Assembly (NCBI GenBank): GCA_963755125.1
Contig: CAVWIP010000018.1
Coordinates: forward strand, 96,001 to 160,000
Reading direction: 5' to 3'
Origin: an uncultured delta proteobacterium
Lineage (GTDB): Bacteria > Myxococcota_A > Polyangia > Fen-1088
Length of the DNA stretch: 64,000 nt
Below are positions 60,115 to 64,000 of the stretch, piece after piece. Under the pieces are notes generated by a model, which saw only the letters and a program-made list of their open reading frames with translations, had not been told where the DNA came from and did not search any database. Position 1 is the first letter of the stretch. The number at the start of each line of letters is the position of its first letter. The translations under genes were made by a program, and so were the position numbers.

Positions 60115-63100
60115 CTAGTTCCCTACGACAAACGAGGACTGTCCCGAGCCGACGGTGTACGTGGCCTGCACCGTGTCTTCCAAAACAAAAGTAGGTTGGC
60201 CCGCGCCACTGGCTGATGTGCTCCCCGGCTTGCTGATGGGCAACAGCACGGTTGCGCTCACGTTGTCAGGAATAGTCACGTCCAACGTCAGCCCACCAGT
60301 GGTGGGACGCTGCCAATCGATTTGCACGGCACCACGCTCGGTGCGAACCGCGCCATTGGCATAGGTGAGGCCGATCGCGGGCGGCGCAATTTGAATCGTG
60401 GACGCTCCCGGGCCGGTCACCTGCAAACCCAACAACGATTCAACAATATCGACAAGGGCCTGGCTGCCCCACCCGTGGGACTCACTTTCGCCCATGGCAG
60501 GAGCTGTCCACGATTCCCAAGTAAATGTTCCGCCCTGTGAGAGAATGTTGGCCCAGCCCAGCCCAGTCTGGTCCGTCAAGCGCGCGATGACTTGGTCCGT
60601 CCTGCCAGCAACGTTGAGCGCCTGCAGCAGAAAATGCGCGGTCATCGGACCTTGCTGCATGCCCAGCCCGGCCAGGAAGGTGGCAATCTGAGGCCAACTT
60701 GAGGAAGGAGCCACCCCAAACGCAACTGCGTACGAATTCGCAATCTGCGATGCGTGCGTGCTTTGCTTCCCCGCCGCCGTGAGACCGTCAATGTACATTC
60801 CGTCCGAGCGTACCAGCTTGGCGTTGATGGCCGCAGTGAGCTGAGCGGCGCGTCCCTGGTAGAGGCTTATCTCAGTGGTCGGCCGCCCCAGATCCGTTGC
60901 AATCGCAGCCATACTGTTCATCGCGTCCACAGCCAAAATGTTCACGGTCGTTCGAACAGCCGTGTTCATGTCGTAACCGAACCGTTCTTCCGCTGGCCAA
61001 TCAACGATGCCGTACTGATACTGGGTAGACAGATTACCGCCCGCAAGGTTCGTAACTAACCCGGTCGTGGCATTCACGTATTTCCATATGTATTCGGCGA
61101 CATTTTGCGCTGTATCGTAGGCGTCGGCCAACAGAGCACTGTCGCCAGTGGTCTGATAGTATCGCAAAAGCCAATTCGGGAACCTTTCCGTGTAGTCGGG
61201 AATGTCGCGCTGGCCATCCCCATTGGGATAGACCGCATTGAGGCGGCCATCAGGCCAGTAACGGACCTGAGAAGCCATGAATTCGCGAAGGGCCTTGCGT
61301 GTCAGAGAGCGCTCTCCCAGTCCGAGCATGGTCGCGTAGGAATCGTTTACCGCGTCCCCCAGAAACTGCCCCTTTTCCCGCGTCGGAGTGTCCACAAACT
61401 GCTGTTGCGTGGAGTACAGAGCCGAGCGCTGCACTAGATTGAACACCGCATTGACCGTCGCGTCCGAGCTGGTGAAGGTCGCGGCGTATTGAGGGGGCGG
61501 GTCCGAATGTTCAACGATTGCGGAAATCTGGCTTGCTGACAGAGTCTCTCCCGGAGTCGATATCTGCAAGTAACGCCAGCCGAGGTACGTGAAAGGCAGG
61601 AACTCTTGCGCCCCGTCGCTTTCAGTGTACGTGAAGGACATGGTAGTTTCTTGGGTCGAAGCTACGGCCGCTGACACATGCCCGTCGGAAGTCAGCTGGT
61701 AGCCGGTGAGAATACTCAGTTTGCGACCAGACTTCCCGGATTGAAATTGCACGTCCGGGCGCGCCGGTATCACGGTGCCGAAGTCAGCAACCACTGAGCC
61801 GTCGGAAAGGGTGTTGACCGAGACCGGCGTTGCGACACTGCGAACCACGCGCGGCTCCTGGCCCATCAGGTGCGTGAACACACCCGCCGGGTGCACGCCC
61901 ACAACCTGGGGGACCGCCCAAGGCGATGCGGTGTCAACGTAGCCAGGTTGGTCCCAGCCGGTGGGAGCTTGGGTGGCGTCGATTTCCTCTACGTACTCTT
62001 CGGAAAGATCGAGGAGCAAACTCCGGGTTGGGGCGCCCGTCTGCCACTGAGACGCGCGGCGAACGTGCCAGTTGCCGTCGGTAAGGATGATCTCTTGTGT
62101 GCCGTCTGCGTGCTCGACGACGAATCGACCCAGCAGGCCGGGCTGCGCCAACGGGCGACCTTTCCCCGCGCCATACCAGTGATAGATGATGCCAATGGCA
62201 AGTGGAGATCCCGCCTGTACCTGACTTGTGATGTCGGTCGCTTGGTAATACCCCTCGCCGGGATATGAAAAGGCGGGCCCACGATCGACGACAGTGCCGT
62301 TCAATCGCAGCTCGTACTGGTGATACGCGGACACGTAGGCGCGGGCCCTGGTGACTGGACTGGCGCCGATCGTCACTTCGCGACGCGCCAGCGTATAGTC
62401 ATCCGGCTCCGTGGTGGTTCGCAGAATCCAACTCGCCTGCCAATCCGTATCAGCAAGCCCCGTGTCGAAACTCGCGGCCGCCGCCCAGGGAGAGGCCAGG
62501 CCGGTCCGATCCCAGGTGCGAACGGTCCAGGTGTAGCTTGTGCCCGCGGCAAGCGCCGGCCCAGAGTAGGGAACAAAGGATTCGGCACTAGATACGATCT
62601 TGCCACTGTCCCAAATCAGCACGCCGTCACTCACGCGCGTCACCTGGATTTGATAGGCGGACTGAATCTCATTCCCGTCCGGGTCGTTGGGCACCCAGCC
62701 GAACAGCGGCGTTCCTTCCACATTCAGTGGCGCTGCGCGGCCCGCAATGTTGAGATCCGTTGGCGCCAGGGGAGCATTTCCACCCGTTGATTGTCCGCCC
62801 GCCCCACCGGTGGCAGTCGAGATGCCCCCGCTGGAGATCCCACCCCGCGACGACGCACCACCAAGCGTGCTGCCTCCCACTAGAGTTCCACCTGATGCCC
62901 GTGACCCGCCACTTGGCGAGCCCCCGCTTGTCGCAGAACCGCCAAGACCGCCTGAACCACCGCTCAAAATGACGCCGCCGGTGCTCGGCGCACCACCCGT
63001 CATCACAGAGCCTCCAGTACTTGCGCCAGCGCTGCTCAACGCACCGCCTGGCACCGAAGAACCGCCAGTATTCCCCACGCCTCCTCCTGGCGCCGAAAAA

Positions 63101-63348
63101 CCGCCAGCATTTCCCGCGCCACCACTGCTCGACGCGCCGCCTGCCGCCGAAGAACGGCCACTATTTGTTGCGCCTCCGCTCCCCCCAATTCCACCCGATC
63201 CAGAAGCTCCGCCGCCAGCGCTTCCTCCCGCGAGAGCTGAACCGCCCCCAGAAGATCCCCCTTTGCCGCTCGCGCTTCCCGAGCATGCCAGCACAAGCCC
63301 GAGCATCGCCATCACCATCGGCCGGCTAGAACGGGCTGCTTCCATCAT
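60115..63348 (-). CDS. GH78 alpha-L-rhamnosidase lipoprotein with Gly/Ser linker
   Basis: QSAYQI, WDSGK, DFG, DTPTREK..FLGD, DW, TWESW, SHGW; lipobox VLAC; GGAGG RBS. Confidence 0.92.
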   Translation of the reverse strand: MMEAARSSRPMVMAMLGLVLACSGSASGKGGSSGGGSALAGGSAGGGASGSGGIGGSGGATNSGRSSAAGGASSSGGAGNAGGFSAPGGGVGNTGGSSVPGGALSSAGASTGGSVMTGGAPSTGGVILSGGSGGLGGSATSGGSPSGGSRASGGTLVGGSTLGGASSRGGISSGGISTATGGAGGQSTGGNAPLAPTDLNIAGRAAPLNVEGTPLFGWVPNDPDGNEIQSAYQIQVTRVSDGVLIWDSGKIVSSAESFVPYSGPALAAGTSYTWTVRTWDRTGLASPWAAAASFDTGLADTDWQASWILRTTTEPDDYTLARREVTIGASPVTRARAYVSAYHQYELRLNGTVVDRGPAFSYPGEGYYQATDITSQVQAGSPLAIGIIYHWYGAGKGRPLAQPGLLGRFVVEHADGTQEIILTDGNWHVRRASQWQTGAPTRSLLLDLSEEYVEEIDATQAPTGWDQPGYVDTASPWAVPQVVGVHPAGVFTHLMGQEPRVVRSVATPVSVNTLSDGSVVADFGTVIPARPDVQFQSGKSGRKLSILTGYQLTSDGHVSAAVASTQETTMSFTYTESDGAQEFLPFTYLGWRYLQISTPGETLSASQISAIVEHSDPPPQYAATFTSSDATVNAVFNLVQRSALYSTQQQFVDTPTREKGQFLGDAVNDSYATMLGLGERSLTRKALREFMASQVRYWPDGRLNAVYPNGDGQRDIPDYTERFPNWLLRYYQTTGDSALLADAYDTAQNVAEYIWKYVNATTGLVTNLAGGNLSTQYQYGIVDWPAEERFGYDMNTAVRTTVNILAVDAMNSMAAIATDLGRPTTEISLYQGRAAQLTAAINAKLVRSDGMYIDGLTAAGKQSTHASQIANSYAVAFGVAPSSSWPQIATFLAGLGMQQGPMTAHFLLQALNVAGRTDQVIARLTDQTGLGWANILSQGGTFTWESWTAPAMGESESHGWGSQALVDIVESLLGLQVTGPGASTIQIAPPAIGLTYANGAVRTERGAVQIDWQRPTTGGLTLDVTIPDNVSATVLLPISKPGSTSASGAGQPTFVLEDTVQATYTVGSGQSSFVVGN

Positions 63349-63462
63349 CGACCTCCGCTTGCTGGATGTCTGGGCGACACTGTTCGCGCGCGGTGAGAAG
63401 TCGCTACCACCCACGCCAATGCACCCCACAAGGTTCGCGACCGCCGGGCAATGGCCCGCGCA

Positions 63463-64000
63463 TTACGGCGCCGACGATGGCGGGTTGAAGGCCACCCCAT
63501 TCGCCATGACGTTCGACACGGTAAGGCCTGAGTAGTGCCCCGATCCCCCGGCAAGTGCAGGGCTGGGCGACGTGGTTATTGTGATGTTGCTGAGGTTGAT
63601 ACCGGTCGCCAACGCGGTGGTGTCGGCGCCTGCCACCAAGAAGGGGCTGCTGGTCGTGCGAGTCACGGTCGCAGTGTCGACATTGATGTTGCTGAAGGTG
63701 GCGTACTTGGTAGGTCCGATCGTGGCCCCGCTGACGTAGTGACCCGTCATATAGAGAAATTGGTTCACGGTTGCGACGGTCAGCCTTCTGGCGTAGATGT
63801 CCTCGATGAAACCACCGCGGGTGATGGCCGCTTTGATGTAAAGCACGTATTGGAGATCTCCGGCTGCATTCGAGAAGGTAGTATCCTCCACGTAGACATT
63901 GCGGATTCCGGCGGACTCCTCGCTGCCCATGGCTACCCCACCCTCCTTCGCCGTGAGTGTGCAATTCTGAATCACGATGTTTTGGGTCGTCTTGTAGTAG
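63463..64000 (-). CDS. GH28 polygalacturonase-family protein (C-terminal part; 5' outside window)
   Basis: QNIVIQNC, GGVAMGSE.SAGIRNVYVED, IK...RGGFIEDI beta-helix pattern. Confidence 0.82.
   Translation of the reverse strand, partial: YYKTTQNIVIQNCTLTAKEGGVAMGSEESAGIRNVYVEDTTFSNAAGDLQYVLYIKAAITRGGFIEDIYARRLTVATVNQFLYMTGHYVSGATIGPTKYATFSNINVDTATVTRTTSSPFLVAGADTTALATGINLSNITITTSPSPALAGGSGHYSGLTVSNVMANGVAFNPPSSAP

Overview
High-GC bacterial chromosomal window. The gene content (Ser/Thr kinases, FecR/ECF pairs, TPR proteins, Gly/Ser/Thr-linker lipoproteins) suggests Myxococcota, which is an inference. Left part: a surface-glycan locus (TMTC-like and DUF2723 GT-C proteins, Wzm/Wzt, DegT aminotransferase, radical SAM, multi-domain GT), then housekeeping and envelope genes (dacB, metK, a ClpX-like ATPase, rph, rdgB, 2-oxoacid dehydrogenase E1b-E2-E1a). 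Right part: a CAZyme cluster (two GH79, a porin, GH78, partial GH28). Three signals stand out. (1) An ECF-ECF-FecR module whose anti-sigma ends in a 4-Cys carbohydrate-binding-like domain that recurs in two secreted proteins in the window, a candidate glycan-sensing system. (2) A ~570-bp cassette bounded by ~60-bp inverted repeats built from hexamer arrays, carrying an internally deleted nuclease-like gene. (3) Four independent out-of-frame head-to-tail deletion or fusion scars. No rRNA, tRNA or CRISPR array was recognised. All family assignments come from motif recognition by eye, not database searches.
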